Below are positions 20,602 to 30,467 of a DNA stretch of 64,000 nucleotides, piece after piece (the stretch's first letter is position 1; every line of letters begins with the position of its first letter). The notes beneath the pieces are model-generated. The model was not told the DNA's origin, ran no database searches, and saw only the letters and a program-made list of their open reading frames with translations. The position numbers and the translations under genes were made by a program. This stretch comes from a virus: positions 31,264 through 95,263 of IMG/VR virus record IMGVR_UViG_3300022752_000037; one strand, given 5' to 3'.

Positions 20602-22355
20602 TAAGTAATTCCTATTCCTGTAATATACCAAATATCTTGTGCAACCTTTAGTAACGTAGCTAGCCCATTTGCTGCCATAGTCCTGTTACCGGTAGTAGTT
20701 GTATTGGCTAATTTTAGAGTTACTCCTGTACCTTGAATTATTGTAAAAGATGACCCGCTGCTAACAATAGAAATAACAGTGCCTATTGGAAATGGTACGC
20801 TAGCATTTGGCGGCACAGTGATGTTAGATGCTAGATATAAATGTTTTCCATTATCAGAAGCAATGAGAGTTCCGGTAGCATTTGAGCTTTGAGGCATATT
20901 TCTAAAACCTATTTCGTAGGCATTTGTACCATCTGAAATAGTGCTAGAGTTAGAAATAGCTACTCCAGTTAAACTACCATTTGTTATTGTTGGTGTATCA
21001 ATAGTTGGAGTATTAATTGTTGGGGTTGTTAAGGTCTTGTTTGTCAGTGTCTCAGTACCGGCAGTACTGACAAAATTAGCATTGCTACAAGCTGTATTAA
21101 ATTCTGCTAATGTTCCTGTAAGAGTATTATTTGATAAATTAATTGATTTATTTGTTAATCCTTGACTTCCATCTGTAATAACTATGTTATTCACATTACC
21201 TGTAAATGCATTTGTAACAGATATAATACCATTTGTTATACTAATTGTTGTACCATCTATTTTTACGCCGCCTAACTGGGAAGTGCTAGCTGTGGGTAAT
21301 GTGTAAGTAGGGCTACTAGGCTGTATCCATTCCGACCCTGTATATATTACGAAATTACCAGATCCACTGTCTAACCATGCAGATCCTATACTAGGACTAG
21401 ATGGAGTATTATCACTTACAGTAATTGTTCCTCCTATTTCTCCTTGAACTGCGCTTATTATTCCATTGCTAATAGTTATTGTAGTTCCGTCTACTATAAC
21501 TCCGCCTTTTTGAGTTGTACTAGCTGTGGCCAATGATATAGTGCCACTACTATTATTTAATCCACTCGAAGCTACATTAGGTACAATAACTCCGCCTCTG
21601 GTTGAACTTGTAGCAGCAGGCAGTGTATATTGAGTAGGAATATCTGAAGCTAGTGGAACAGGAGTCCATTGTCCGCTGTGAGCAAAATAAATCCGACCTT
21701 CATTATGACAATGTGCTATCATTCCATGCCATGTACTAGCACTAACTTCTGATTCTAATTGTGCTAAACTGTTCCAATGAAATCTTATTTTATTCTTTTG
21801 AGCAGTAACTTGTATTCGTCCATCTACTTTAAATTCACCGCTACTACCAGTTCCTGACCATGTTACCTGACTCTGATCACTAACTGTGTCTCCTGGAAGA
21901 GCATAATAGGCAAAGCGTCCTTCTTGCAGAGTAGGACTAACTGTTCCACTTCCTGCTCCACCGCCTGTGCCGCCAGTAGTCCATGGAACATGACTTGGTT
22001 GAATCCATTGATAGCTATTACCATCGTAATAATAAACATAAAGTTTACCATTTGTAGTGTTAAGCCATATGGCTCCTGATTCTAAATCTTCTGTAGGTGC
22101 TGTATCAGAAACCGTTATACTTGCACTGCCTGTACCACCACCTGCATCTTCTAACTTGGCTAAAAATGCTGCTGTACTTACATTGCTTAGATCATCATGG
22201 GCAAGGGCGAATCCTCCCTTGGTAGTTCCATCCATTATGTTTAGAGTTTTTTTGGTAGTATTATACCAAATTACTCCGCTTTCAGATAAACGACGTTCAA
22301 TGTCATCATCGTCTTTGCCTCGTACTCGTAGATACCTTAAAGGTAAAACTGCCAT
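20601..22355 (-). CDS. Tail fibre protein
   Basis: VSDTAP...G.IW...G motifs, LP.A..S.LGGV.IDG repeats, LTNKTLT and C-terminal VPPNASVPFPIG...W...G domain. Confidence 0.75.
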   Translation of the reverse strand: MAVLPLRYLRVRGKDDDDIERRLSESGVIWYNTTKKTLNIMDGTTKGGFALAHDDLSNVSTAAFLAKLEDAGGGTGSASITVSDTAPTEDLESGAIWLNTTNGKLYVYYYDGNSYQWIQPSHVPWTTGGTGGGAGSGTVSPTLQEGRFAYYALPGDTVSDQSQVTWSGTGSSGEFKVDGRIQVTAQKNKIRFHWNSLAQLESEVSASTWHGMIAHCHNEGRIYFAHSGQWTPVPLASDIPTQYTLPAATSSTRGGVIVPNVASSGLNNSSGTISLATASTTQKGGVIVDGTTITISNGIISAVQGEIGGTITVSDNTPSSPSIGSAWLDSGSGNFVIYTGSEWIQPSSPTYTLPTASTSQLGGVKIDGTTISITNGIISVTNAFTGNVNNIVITDGSQGLTNKSINLSNNTLTGTLAEFNTACSNANFVSTAGTETLTNKTLTTPTINTPTIDTPTITNGSLTGVAISNSSTISDGTNAYEIGFRNMPQSSNATGTLIASDNGKHLYLASNITVPPNASVPFPIGTVISIVSSGSSFTIIQGTGVTLKLANTTTTGNRTMAANGLATLLKVAQDIWYITGIGIT

Positions 22356-22356
22356 A

Positions 22357-22384
22357 AAATACTCTCTTAATAAGAGTATTTATT
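22357..22384 (-). promoter_or_regulatory. Late promoter within an AAATACTC/GAGTATTT inverted repeat (copy 2 of the 21-nt element)
   Basis: TAAATA overlapping a palindrome immediately upstream of ATG 22355. Confidence 0.7.
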
Positions 22385-22389
22385 TGTTT

Positions 22390-23055
22390 TTAAACTACTT
22401 TTGCTTGCCCATTATAGGTCAGTTGACCAGCAGCTGGATCATCGTAATAAAAATCAGGATTTCCATTAAAATCAACATTTAAAGTCCTACGTAATCCATC
22501 TCCTTGAGGATACACACCATGAGGAATCCAGCTTGGAAAAATTACTAAACTGCCTCTTCCTGGTACAAAATGCATAGTTCGTGTGCGTGGAATACTTAGG
22601 CTTGAATAGCTATCTGAATGAAATACAAAGTAAATTTGCCCCTCGGGATCATTAGGTTTGTCCGGAACATTGAGATATAACACACTGCTTATATTATTTG
22701 GTCCATGATCGTGTAGAGTATGATAGCTTCCCTTTTCTCCTGTTACCATCCATGCTGAATAAGCATGTATTTTTTTCCAATTATCAGGCATTTTTCCATG
22801 ATGAATTAACTGTCGTTGAACCATGTTTTCTAAATATACTTTTAGTTTGGGCCATAACTTGGGTTCTGTAATTGTAGACCCAGGTAACCATCGTGGAGGA
22901 ATTATATAATTTTGTACTGATCCTATACCTTTAGCACTAGTGTACATATTAAAATTTGTTGTATCAACCTGTTGGGCCAACTCATCATAAAAATGTAAAT
23001 CTTCAACAAAATCTATGATAACCCAGTTTAATCCTTCTTGAATTAATTGACTCAT
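22390..23055 (-). CDS. Putative 2OG-Fe(II) oxygenase (TIGR02466-like)
   Basis: HTLHDH, SSVLYL, IFPSWIPHGVYP, RRTLN. Confidence 0.85.
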   Translation of the reverse strand: MSQLIQEGLNWVIIDFVEDLHFYDELAQQVDTTNFNMYTSAKGIGSVQNYIIPPRWLPGSTITEPKLWPKLKVYLENMVQRQLIHHGKMPDNWKKIHAYSAWMVTGEKGSYHTLHDHGPNNISSVLYLNVPDKPNDPEGQIYFVFHSDSYSSLSIPRTRTMHFVPGRGSLVIFPSWIPHGVYPQGDGLRRTLNVDFNGNPDFYYDDPAAGQLTYNGQAKVV

Positions 23056-24524
23056 TATGACTCCGGGTTATCTATTATCCACTGTAATGCTGTTCTGTGA
23101 TCTACTAATTTTTCGTTTTCAGGTAAATTTATAAGATTGTGTAGATTAAATTTTATGCTTTCAATAATGTGATCAGGCTGCTCATTTAAATCTTTGAGAG
23201 CTACTTCTTTATCTATTAGACCTAATCCATGCATAACTAAAATCCAATTAGCTTCCTTAAATAACACTTGTCTATTAGAAAAATCACTTATACTGGGCAT
23301 TTTTAATTTATACAGTTCTAATTTTTCTTCTAATCCTGGAGTAAGCAAAATGTCTCCTACAGATTTCCAAAAATCTGTATCATTTCTACGACTTATATAA
23401 TGAAGTTGGACAAAATCAAAAATATTTTCTACTATATCTTTTGAATTTTCATTAAACACATTTTCGCAATAAGTTCTGTTAGGAACATAACTGTTTAACA
23501 ATCTACCTAACAATAACGCTTGTTGAATACTTGTTCCGATACTACTTGCTTCTAATGGTTCTACAAAACTTGAACTTAATCCTATAGCTACACAATTTTT
23601 TGTCCAGCTTTTTTCCAAGTATCCTGCATCAAATTTTATTTTCTTTGCAACATTGATACTGGTTCCATACAGTCTTTCTACTTCAGTTTGAGCTTGATCA
23701 AAGTTGATAAAACTGTCGTTAAAAACATAACCGTTACCGTGTCTATCTTGAGTAGGAATTCTCCATAACCATCCTGCATTCATTGCTCTACTTATAGTAT
23801 AACTGGCTATTTGTTCCGTTCTTTCTGTAGGAAAAGCTATGGCACTATTCATGGGTAAATATTTTCCATAACTAATCCATTTTACTGCTAATGCTTTTTC
23901 CATTATAAATCGATGAAAACCAGTGCTATCAACATAAAAGTCGTATAAAAGTTCTTGATCTTCCGTAGTTTTAAGACTGTGAACAAATCCTTGTTGGTTT
24001 AAATTTACTGTTTTAATCTCTGCTTTTACTATATTAATATTTCTTTTTTCACATAGTCTATGAAGATAATCATTTAATTTAAATGTGTTAAAATGAAACT
24101 GATTAATTCCCCAATAAGGTTGTCTATGTAAACTTTGTTCTATATAACTATGTGTCAGTCCGTTTTCAGCTGCCCCGTTGGCAATAAGATAGCTGTAGAT
24201 AAATTTACTTCCTGTCTGACTTTCTATATTAAAACTACTGCTTACGTTTTGAATATAGTGTTTTCCGTCTCCTTGCCAATTAATAAAATTAATTCCGTAT
24301 TTAAAAGTAGCATCAGTTTCTTTAACAAGTTCATGAAGTTTAATATCACAGTGAACCATGAACTGAGCCCAATGTTCAGTGCTGCCTTCACCTACTCCTA
24401 CTATACCGATCTTATCTGACTCTACTAGGTCAATTTTTAATTTGGGGTAATCCTTTCGTAGAACAAGAGCTGTAATAAGCCCTGCTGTTCCTCCTCCTAC
24501 AATGGCCAAGTTATTAATTTGCAT
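23055..24524 (-). CDS. Flavin-dependent (tryptophan halogenase/PrnA family) halogenase
   Basis: VGGGTAG, GVGEGST, ATFKYGI (catalytic Lys position), WLWRIP (WxWxIP), FVEPLEASSIG. Confidence 0.92.
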   Translation of the reverse strand: MQINNLAIVGGGTAGLITALVLRKDYPKLKIDLVESDKIGIVGVGEGSTEHWAQFMVHCDIKLHELVKETDATFKYGINFINWQGDGKHYIQNVSSSFNIESQTGSKFIYSYLIANGAAENGLTHSYIEQSLHRQPYWGINQFHFNTFKLNDYLHRLCEKRNINIVKAEIKTVNLNQQGFVHSLKTTEDQELLYDFYVDSTGFHRFIMEKALAVKWISYGKYLPMNSAIAFPTERTEQIASYTISRAMNAGWLWRIPTQDRHGNGYVFNDSFINFDQAQTEVERLYGTSINVAKKIKFDAGYLEKSWTKNCVAIGLSSSFVEPLEASSIGTSIQQALLLGRLLNSYVPNRTYCENVFNENSKDIVENIFDFVQLHYISRRNDTDFWKSVGDILLTPGLEEKLELYKLKMPSISDFSNRQVLFKEANWILVMHGLGLIDKEVALKDLNEQPDHIIESIKFNLHNLINLPENEKLVDHRTALQWIIDNPES

Positions 24525-24969
24525 ATTCTATCTCATCTGGTGCAGGTAATTCACAAGTGTGTATGGTTTGATAGGTTAAATATAAACTGTTTATGTAATC
24601 AAACATTAAATTGAGATGCCATTCTAATCCTTGTTTTTTCCAAGGAGTTTTCCAATGATTTTTAATCAAACCAGGCACATCATATTTTTGCTCTACGATT
24701 ATAACTGTGGAAGATATTAATCTTAAATTTTTAATAAGATCTACAGGATCGTCAATTTCTTCTAAAATTTCATTTAAGATCACATAATCAAATTTCATAT
24801 CTGATTTATAAGTAAACTTATTGTCCTGATATAAATCATCCATATTCACACATACATAGATATCCGCATCTTGTTCTATAAGTTTACTATGATCTTTAAT
24901 AGATAAAATTTTTTTACTTTTTTTTATTTTATCTGCTAAAATTTCATCAATTGTAAGAAATTCTGACAT
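24514..24969 (-). CDS. Methyltransferase-like protein (partial class I fold)
   Basis: KFDYVILNEILEEIDDP resembles the post-motif-II region of SAM methyltransferases; GxGxG motif not evident. Confidence 0.5.
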   Translation of the reverse strand: MSEFLTIDEILADKIKKSKKILSIKDHSKLIEQDADIYVCVNMDDLYQDNKFTYKSDMKFDYVILNEILEEIDDPVDLIKNLRLISSTVIIVEQKYDVPGLIKNHWKTPWKKQGLEWHLNLMFDYINSLYLTYQTIHTCELPAPDEIEYAN

Positions 24970-26619
24970 TTAGATTCCTTTTTTCCTAACCACATTAATA
25001 TAAAGTCCATTCCACCAATTAACGTCAGACTCTACATCATTTAATATTTTTCTCTCATATATCAAGTCGTAATCTGTTTTAGCCCAAGCATCTTGAGCAC
25101 CATCTACTATACCTTCCCAATTAGCATCATCTAAAATTACTATGGCTGTATCGGCAAAACAAGATGAAAAATATCTTAATGCATTAGAAGTAGATTCTTT
25201 ACTGTGATCTCCGTCGTAAAAAAATAAATCAATTTTTTCCAATTCGGCACGATTGACAGATAAAAAATCACAATCGAATACTTTTACAGAATTATTTCCT
25301 TTATATTTTTTAATATTTTCGATAAATTCTTTTTTATTATTGTCGGGTAATCCATCACGTTTTTCAGCTTGTATGTTAGTTGACCAATTGTCAACAGCAT
25401 AGGCAGTCAAGCAATTATCTTTTAAAACTGAACATATTGTAGCACCTAAGAAACTACCAACTTCTAAGTATACTTTACTGTGTTTTCCTAAATAATTTAA
25501 TAACTTTTGTACTCTATTACTAGTAAGTCCTGGCAAATTTATATCTAGATCAAGATTTACGCTTTCTACAATACTGTTTACTGCTAATTTAATTTTAGCA
25601 TCTACTTCTTGATTCTTTTTTGCCGCCCAAATTTTATCACAATAATGACAGTCCCAACACTCAAATTTACATGTTCGAATTTTTTCGCGCCAAACATTAA
25701 TAGGTTTTTCAACTAGGTTAGTTTCTTGTATAAAATCTTCAAAAGTATCAAACAATATTTCTTTATTATTGGCATATCGTTTGATTATAGTGCATGTTTC
25801 GTGTAATCGAGAAATGCTTTCTCTTCCATGCATTTTAAAAACATCTATTCCAAGATTGTTTATAAAATCATCCCAGTCTTCTTTCCAAGGAGGTAAGTCT
25901 GCTGCTTTGAGCGGAGAACTAGGATCTATATTATCCCATTTGGCACAACTTACACGACTAATAGGATCGTTAAAATATTGAGGACCAGTTGAACGAGTAT
26001 TATTGAATTCATAATGCTCCTCCATATAAGCACATCCACCCATACAGCCTTCATTGGCCAATAAGGCTATTTTGACCTTGCTATATTCCTTGGCTTTTTT
26101 AATTTCTAACAACTTTTGTCTATCTCTCATAAGATTTCGATCTATGTTAATATAGTGAAATCCTGCATTAGCTTGTTCTACTACCTCACGCGGTTCAGTA
26201 GTTTTTCGTAAAATTGTATTTTTAATCAGCAATTCAGGAAATTCTTTTTGAATTTGCTTGGTAGCTAACCAATGAATATGTGGTATAGTAGCACTTTTTA
26301 CACCAGCTTGATATAAAGGTTTAAAGTTTTTTATCCACAAATCTAAATTTTGTTGTGTAGGTCTAACTTGAAGGTTATTGAAAGTAGCACTTATGGTAAT
26401 TCCAGTTTGATGTTGAATATAAAGTGCTGCTTCTATCGCAGTCATAGCATCCTGTTCTTGTAAGAAAACGTCACCCATGGCATCTTGGCCGAAAGGAGCA
26501 ATACGACTTGTAAAGTACACGTCATAGACATAATTCTTGTAGTGCGAAAGAAAGTCTACAAAATTATAAAATTCTTTTTCGTTTAATTTAGGATTTAATG
26601 GTACTGAAAAAATTTTCAT
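24970..26619 (-). CDS. Peptidase U32-family Fe-S protein fused to a class I SAM methyltransferase
   Basis: NEGCMGGC, FKMHGRE, CKFECWDCHYC; C-terminal YLEVGSFLGAT, AVDNW, FFYDGDH, ILDD. Confidence 0.8.
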   Translation of the reverse strand: MKIFSVPLNPKLNEKEFYNFVDFLSHYKNYVYDVYFTSRIAPFGQDAMGDVFLQEQDAMTAIEAALYIQHQTGITISATFNNLQVRPTQQNLDLWIKNFKPLYQAGVKSATIPHIHWLATKQIQKEFPELLIKNTILRKTTEPREVVEQANAGFHYINIDRNLMRDRQKLLEIKKAKEYSKVKIALLANEGCMGGCAYMEEHYEFNNTRSTGPQYFNDPISRVSCAKWDNIDPSSPLKAADLPPWKEDWDDFINNLGIDVFKMHGRESISRLHETCTIIKRYANNKEILFDTFEDFIQETNLVEKPINVWREKIRTCKFECWDCHYCDKIWAAKKNQEVDAKIKLAVNSIVESVNLDLDINLPGLTSNRVQKLLNYLGKHSKVYLEVGSFLGATICSVLKDNCLTAYAVDNWSTNIQAEKRDGLPDNNKKEFIENIKKYKGNNSVKVFDCDFLSVNRAELEKIDLFFYDGDHSKESTSNALRYFSSCFADTAIVILDDANWEGIVDGAQDAWAKTDYDLIYERKILNDVESDVNWWNGLYINVVRKKGI

Positions 26620-27314
26620 TAATCAATTTGTTCACTGGATGTTTTATGTTGACTTGCCAACAATTTATCAATTGTACTAATTTTTTTAGTGTTTGTCAAC
26701 TCCAATTTTACATCTTCGTCCATATATCCTATTGCTTTGTTCAAACTATTGGTATAAGACAGTCCTAATCTTATAACTTCTTGTTGATCTTCTATAGGCA
26801 TCATAGAAATACTATCAAGATTTCCTTGACCTATTCGTCCTAAAGCCAGCATATCTAAAGCAGCCTGTTTGCCCATTCTTAGAATCCAATATTCTCTTTC
26901 TTTTTCTTCATTGTGTCCTTTATAACTTTCTAATGATTCTTTGTCAGGAACAAGTTCTTTGATTAGGTTACAAAACATATCTAACTCTTCCTCACAGATA
27001 CGTAATTTTTTTTCGTAAACACTATTATCATATTGATATTGATCTAAGTCAATCAAAAGTAATTCCTGTTTTAAAGGATTGGGTTCTGCTGCTATTTCTT
27101 CTATTTTTAATTTTATCAAAATATCATTTCTTTTTAGATTACGTTCCATTTGTTTCTTAGCAGCTATTCTTGTCTCAATTTCTAATACAGCCTGTTTTAC
27201 ACGCCTATAATCTGTTACATGACTGTTAACTACAAAATATCTGCTTTGAAAGTCACTCATAGACCAATTGCCGTATGATTCGGCCAAGGATAATATATCA
27301 TCATTCGTCAGCAT
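26619..27314 (-). CDS. Hypothetical coiled-coil protein
   Basis: 231 aa, heptad-rich; coupled to the U32 gene. Confidence 0.7.
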   Translation of the reverse strand: MLTNDDILSLAESYGNWSMSDFQSRYFVVNSHVTDYRRVKQAVLEIETRIAAKKQMERNLKRNDILIKLKIEEIAAEPNPLKQELLLIDLDQYQYDNSVYEKKLRICEEELDMFCNLIKELVPDKESLESYKGHNEEKEREYWILRMGKQAALDMLALGRIGQGNLDSISMMPIEDQQEVIRLGLSYTNSLNKAIGYMDEDVKLELTNTKKISTIDKLLASQHKTSSEQID

Positions 27315-27315
27315 A

Positions 27316-27864
27316 TTAAAATTTTACTCCCCAGATTGGTGGATTAATACGTCTATTTTCTGAATCAATAAGGCCTGCTTCGCGAGCCAAAGGCCACGGA
27401 ACTTCTCGTCCAAAATATTTTTCTAAAAACCAGCATACCTGTTTTATTGTGGTACAGGCGTCCAGTTCTGCTACAATAGAAATTTCATTACTACGATCTT
27501 GTCTACTATCAAATTCTTCTTTTATTCTAAGCTTAGTGATTTTTTTCATCAGACTAGTTGTAATAGATTCAATCTCTGGGGTCTTATAGACCTTAGTTTT
27601 TCTTTTTCCTTGAGCTAGACTTTCCGGATCGGGTTCGAGTCCTTCCACGTCGCTGTAGGCACTACGGTACTCTCTACATTCGTCATAGAATAAAGATCCT
27701 ATGTTATATTCTTCTTCTGTAAGAGCAGTATGATAATATATACGATAGCCAGTATATGAAGGATCTTTAATATTAATTAAAGCGAATCCATCGTGACTAC
27801 TTTTAAAATCTAAAATATCAGTCGATGGAATTTCTTTCGTAAATTTCACTGCATAAAAGCTCAT
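27316..27864 (-). CDS. Hypothetical protein, first gene of the modifying-enzyme operon
   Basis: 182 aa with strong AGGAGG SD. Confidence 0.7.
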   Translation of the reverse strand: MSFYAVKFTKEIPSTDILDFKSSHDGFALINIKDPSYTGYRIYYHTALTEEEYNIGSLFYDECREYRSAYSDVEGLEPDPESLAQGKRKTKVYKTPEIESITTSLMKKITKLRIKEEFDSRQDRSNEISIVAELDACTTIKQVCWFLEKYFGREVPWPLAREAGLIDSENRRINPPIWGVKF

Positions 27865-27870
27865 AAAAGC

Positions 27871-27900
27871 CTCCTTTAGACTATTTACTGTCTAAAAGAG
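27871..27900 (-). promoter_or_regulatory. Late promoter in the loop of an SD-sequestering hairpin
   Basis: Minus strand CTCTTTTAGAC-AGTAAATA-GTCTAAAGGAG. Confidence 0.75.
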
Positions 27901-27914
27901 ACGTTTAGATTATT

Positions 27915-29621
27915 TTAGAATCCGCCTAAAATCTGAGCACTGGCACTGGCCATGGCTGCTGAACTCATGCCGCCGTGCCCTTTAGGTTCTGTAGTTGAAC
28001 TCATTCTAGTAAATGTAGAAGTAGCATGAGTAATTTTCCAAGTATTATTATTTTGTGCACCATTATAATTTCCAAGACAATATCCCCAATCTTGTCCTGT
28101 TTGAAAATTCTCTTCACCGCAGTTATCAGGTGTTGATAAATTAGTGGCTAAATTAGTTCCAGTTGTATCATCTATACGCCAAATGCTAGTTGTAGTATTA
28201 CCTCCGTTTTTAACATAGGCATACCCTTCTTTGGTTTTTAGTGCCTTGCCCCAACCGTCAGTACCAACAGTAAGACCAGCAGCAGTCCAAGTTTCATTAC
28301 TAAATTGTATCTTATGATTACGACCACCCGCACTGTGTTTGACCCAGCCGTAGTCTTTACCATACCAAGCACAGACAAAATTTCCAGCAGTACCAGCTTG
28401 ACCTCCTGAACCTGAAGAAAACATCACACCTGTGACCAAATTATGTTTATCAATATTAGCAGCTTCACCCACTATCCATGCCAATGTGAGATTACCATTC
28501 AGTATAACACCTGAATCATCAGAGCTGCTCTTGGTGTTCCAGTTTGTGGCATCTGATCTTCTTCCTGATTCAGTGGACATATCAATGCTTAGTGTAGTGC
28601 TGCTACCACCCATGCCACCGGCGTTGTAGATCCAAGCATGATAGTCACTCATTCCGCCATCTATATAGGCAGCAGAAGTATCCATGATATCACCCAAATT
28701 AGTGGTAACATCTGTATAATGTACAGTTCGATTTACATTACGCCATGGACTTGAATTTTGATATCCTCCGCTAACATATCCTCTGGTATATATAGTTCTA
28801 TATTTAAAAGCATAATCCCTGCCGTCTTTGGTAATTTGCCATGTAAAATTACGATAGGCTCTACCATCAGAAGGTAATCCTTGTTGGCTAATTGCCACTT
28901 GGAAGCTATAAGTAGCTGCTTCATTACCGATACTCGAACCTGTTATGACACCTGTATCTCTATTAATAGTCACATTACCTGGTAAGGCACCGTCTGTAAT
29001 TTCAAAAATAGTACCACTTGCCTGTATTGTTGTGCTATAGGTTAGACCAGAACCTAATATAACAGGTGTTAAAGCACCGGCTGCGGTAATAAATGTAGGT
29101 GGTTCAGAGTAGGCAGGAATATACTCTTCTACTATTATATGTCCTGGAACATCCCTACCATCACCGCCTCCATCCCAGTATTGTGTGTGATATAAATGAG
29201 CATTGTGATTGCCTTCAGCATATGCACGACTTTGTAAGCCTGCCCTTGCCATTACGCCAGCTCCCCAGCTGGGTATTTCCCATTCTATACTGTTATGATT
29301 TTCCACATGATGGCCAGATCTACTAAATCTACCATATTCATTATCATCTAAGTAAAACTTATAATGAGTAATCATGTGTTGACTTGGGCCGTATTGTCTT
29401 GTATGAATATTAAAAGTAAATCTTATACGACTATCGCCTCTTACAGGTCTAAAATAAACATATCCTCCTGCAATCCAGTTGTATGTATTATTATTTCTCC
29501 ACCAACCCACACGATGAGTATAACTAACACGTTGTAATACTCTACGTTGTAGTTGTTTAACTGGGATAGTCAAAAGGCCTGATTCATTTTGTAGTTCTTT
29601 AATAACGGCAGCACTGGTCAT
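27915..29621 (-). CDS. Tip-family paralog B6 with a putative Ig domain and a beta-propeller-like domain
   Basis: Shared N-terminal domain (DSRIRF, HMITH, SGHHVE, IPSWG, YWDGGG, EEY); GALPG..I..DTGVITG Ig motif; GYVSGGY propeller-like repeats. Confidence 0.7.
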   Translation of the reverse strand: MTSAAVIKELQNESGLLTIPVKQLQRRVLQRVSYTHRVGWWRNNNTYNWIAGGYVYFRPVRGDSRIRFTFNIHTRQYGPSQHMITHYKFYLDDNEYGRFSRSGHHVENHNSIEWEIPSWGAGVMARAGLQSRAYAEGNHNAHLYHTQYWDGGGDGRDVPGHIIVEEYIPAYSEPPTFITAAGALTPVILGSGLTYSTTIQASGTIFEITDGALPGNVTINRDTGVITGSSIGNEAATYSFQVAISQQGLPSDGRAYRNFTWQITKDGRDYAFKYRTIYTRGYVSGGYQNSSPWRNVNRTVHYTDVTTNLGDIMDTSAAYIDGGMSDYHAWIYNAGGMGGSSTTLSIDMSTESGRRSDATNWNTKSSSDDSGVILNGNLTLAWIVGEAANIDKHNLVTGVMFSSGSGGQAGTAGNFVCAWYGKDYGWVKHSAGGRNHKIQFSNETWTAAGLTVGTDGWGKALKTKEGYAYVKNGGNTTTSIWRIDDTTGTNLATNLSTPDNCGEENFQTGQDWGYCLGNYNGAQNNNTWKITHATSTFTRMSSTTEPKGHGGMSSAAMASASAQILGGF

Positions 29622-30464
29622 TTAGTCAAAAATCCTTACAAATCCGCTGGCACCTGTAACAGTAGTGGCGGAATAAAACATAAGATCAGGAGCAGTATAG
29701 GGAACAGTAAATGTAAACAAACTGGAAGTATTTCCACTGACTCCTGTGGTAAATGATGCACCTGTAACTGATCCTGTTCTAAACTGCCAAGGTAGTGCTG
29801 CTCCTGCATTATTAATAAAATTATAAGTGCCGCCTCTTACTAATCTCAATCCAGGATTTATTTCATTGGGATCAACATCCCATCCTGAAATTCTATACGT
29901 ATTGCTTACATTAGTAAGAATATATGTGGCATCTGCCAAACCTGGTAGCCATTCTTCTGCTGTTACCCAGCTTTGTTGAGGTCTAAAACTACCACCTCCA
30001 TTCCACCAGTAACTGGCATTTGTGGCTATGTAATGGCTACCCGAGGCATAATTACGCATGAGTAGGCCCATTGTTGCAGCTTCGCCTTTGCCGTAGCTAG
30101 GAATCCACCATTCATGGCTGAACCCGTCTTCCATGTGATCCCCACTTCGACAATATCTAGCGTATTCTCTATTACCCCAACGACCTTCGGCATAAAATAT
30201 CCAATGACTAATTTCATGTGCATTTCCACCGTTAGGGTAAGTCACAGGCATTTTTAAAATATATCTAATATAGCTTTGATCATATACAGGTGTTATACCT
30301 ATGGTACTGCCTGGAATTTGATAATAAGTATTACCTGGATTCCATGTACCAAATTTAAAAACCAGTTGAGTTCTTTGAATAAGACGTTTTTTCATGAACT
30401 CAACATCTACACGAACAGTACCGGTACTGTTCTGTATTTGATCAACTAATAAAATTCCCGTCAT
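29622..30464 (-). CDS. Tip-family paralog B5 with a degenerate cupredoxin-like domain
   Basis: GTWNPGN.Y, HEISHW.FY, SGDHMED; C-term L.RGGTY.F...VP..APD..FY lacks Cu ligands. Confidence 0.7.
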   Translation of the reverse strand: MTGILLVDQIQNSTGTVRVDVEFMKKRLIQRTQLVFKFGTWNPGNTYYQIPGSTIGITPVYDQSYIRYILKMPVTYPNGGNAHEISHWIFYAEGRWGNREYARYCRSGDHMEDGFSHEWWIPSYGKGEAATMGLLMRNYASGSHYIATNASYWWNGGGSFRPQQSWVTAEEWLPGLADATYILTNVSNTYRISGWDVDPNEINPGLRLVRGGTYNFINNAGAALPWQFRTGSVTGASFTTGVSGNTSSLFTFTVPYTAPDLMFYSATTVTGASGFVRIFD

Positions 30465-30467
30465 TAT

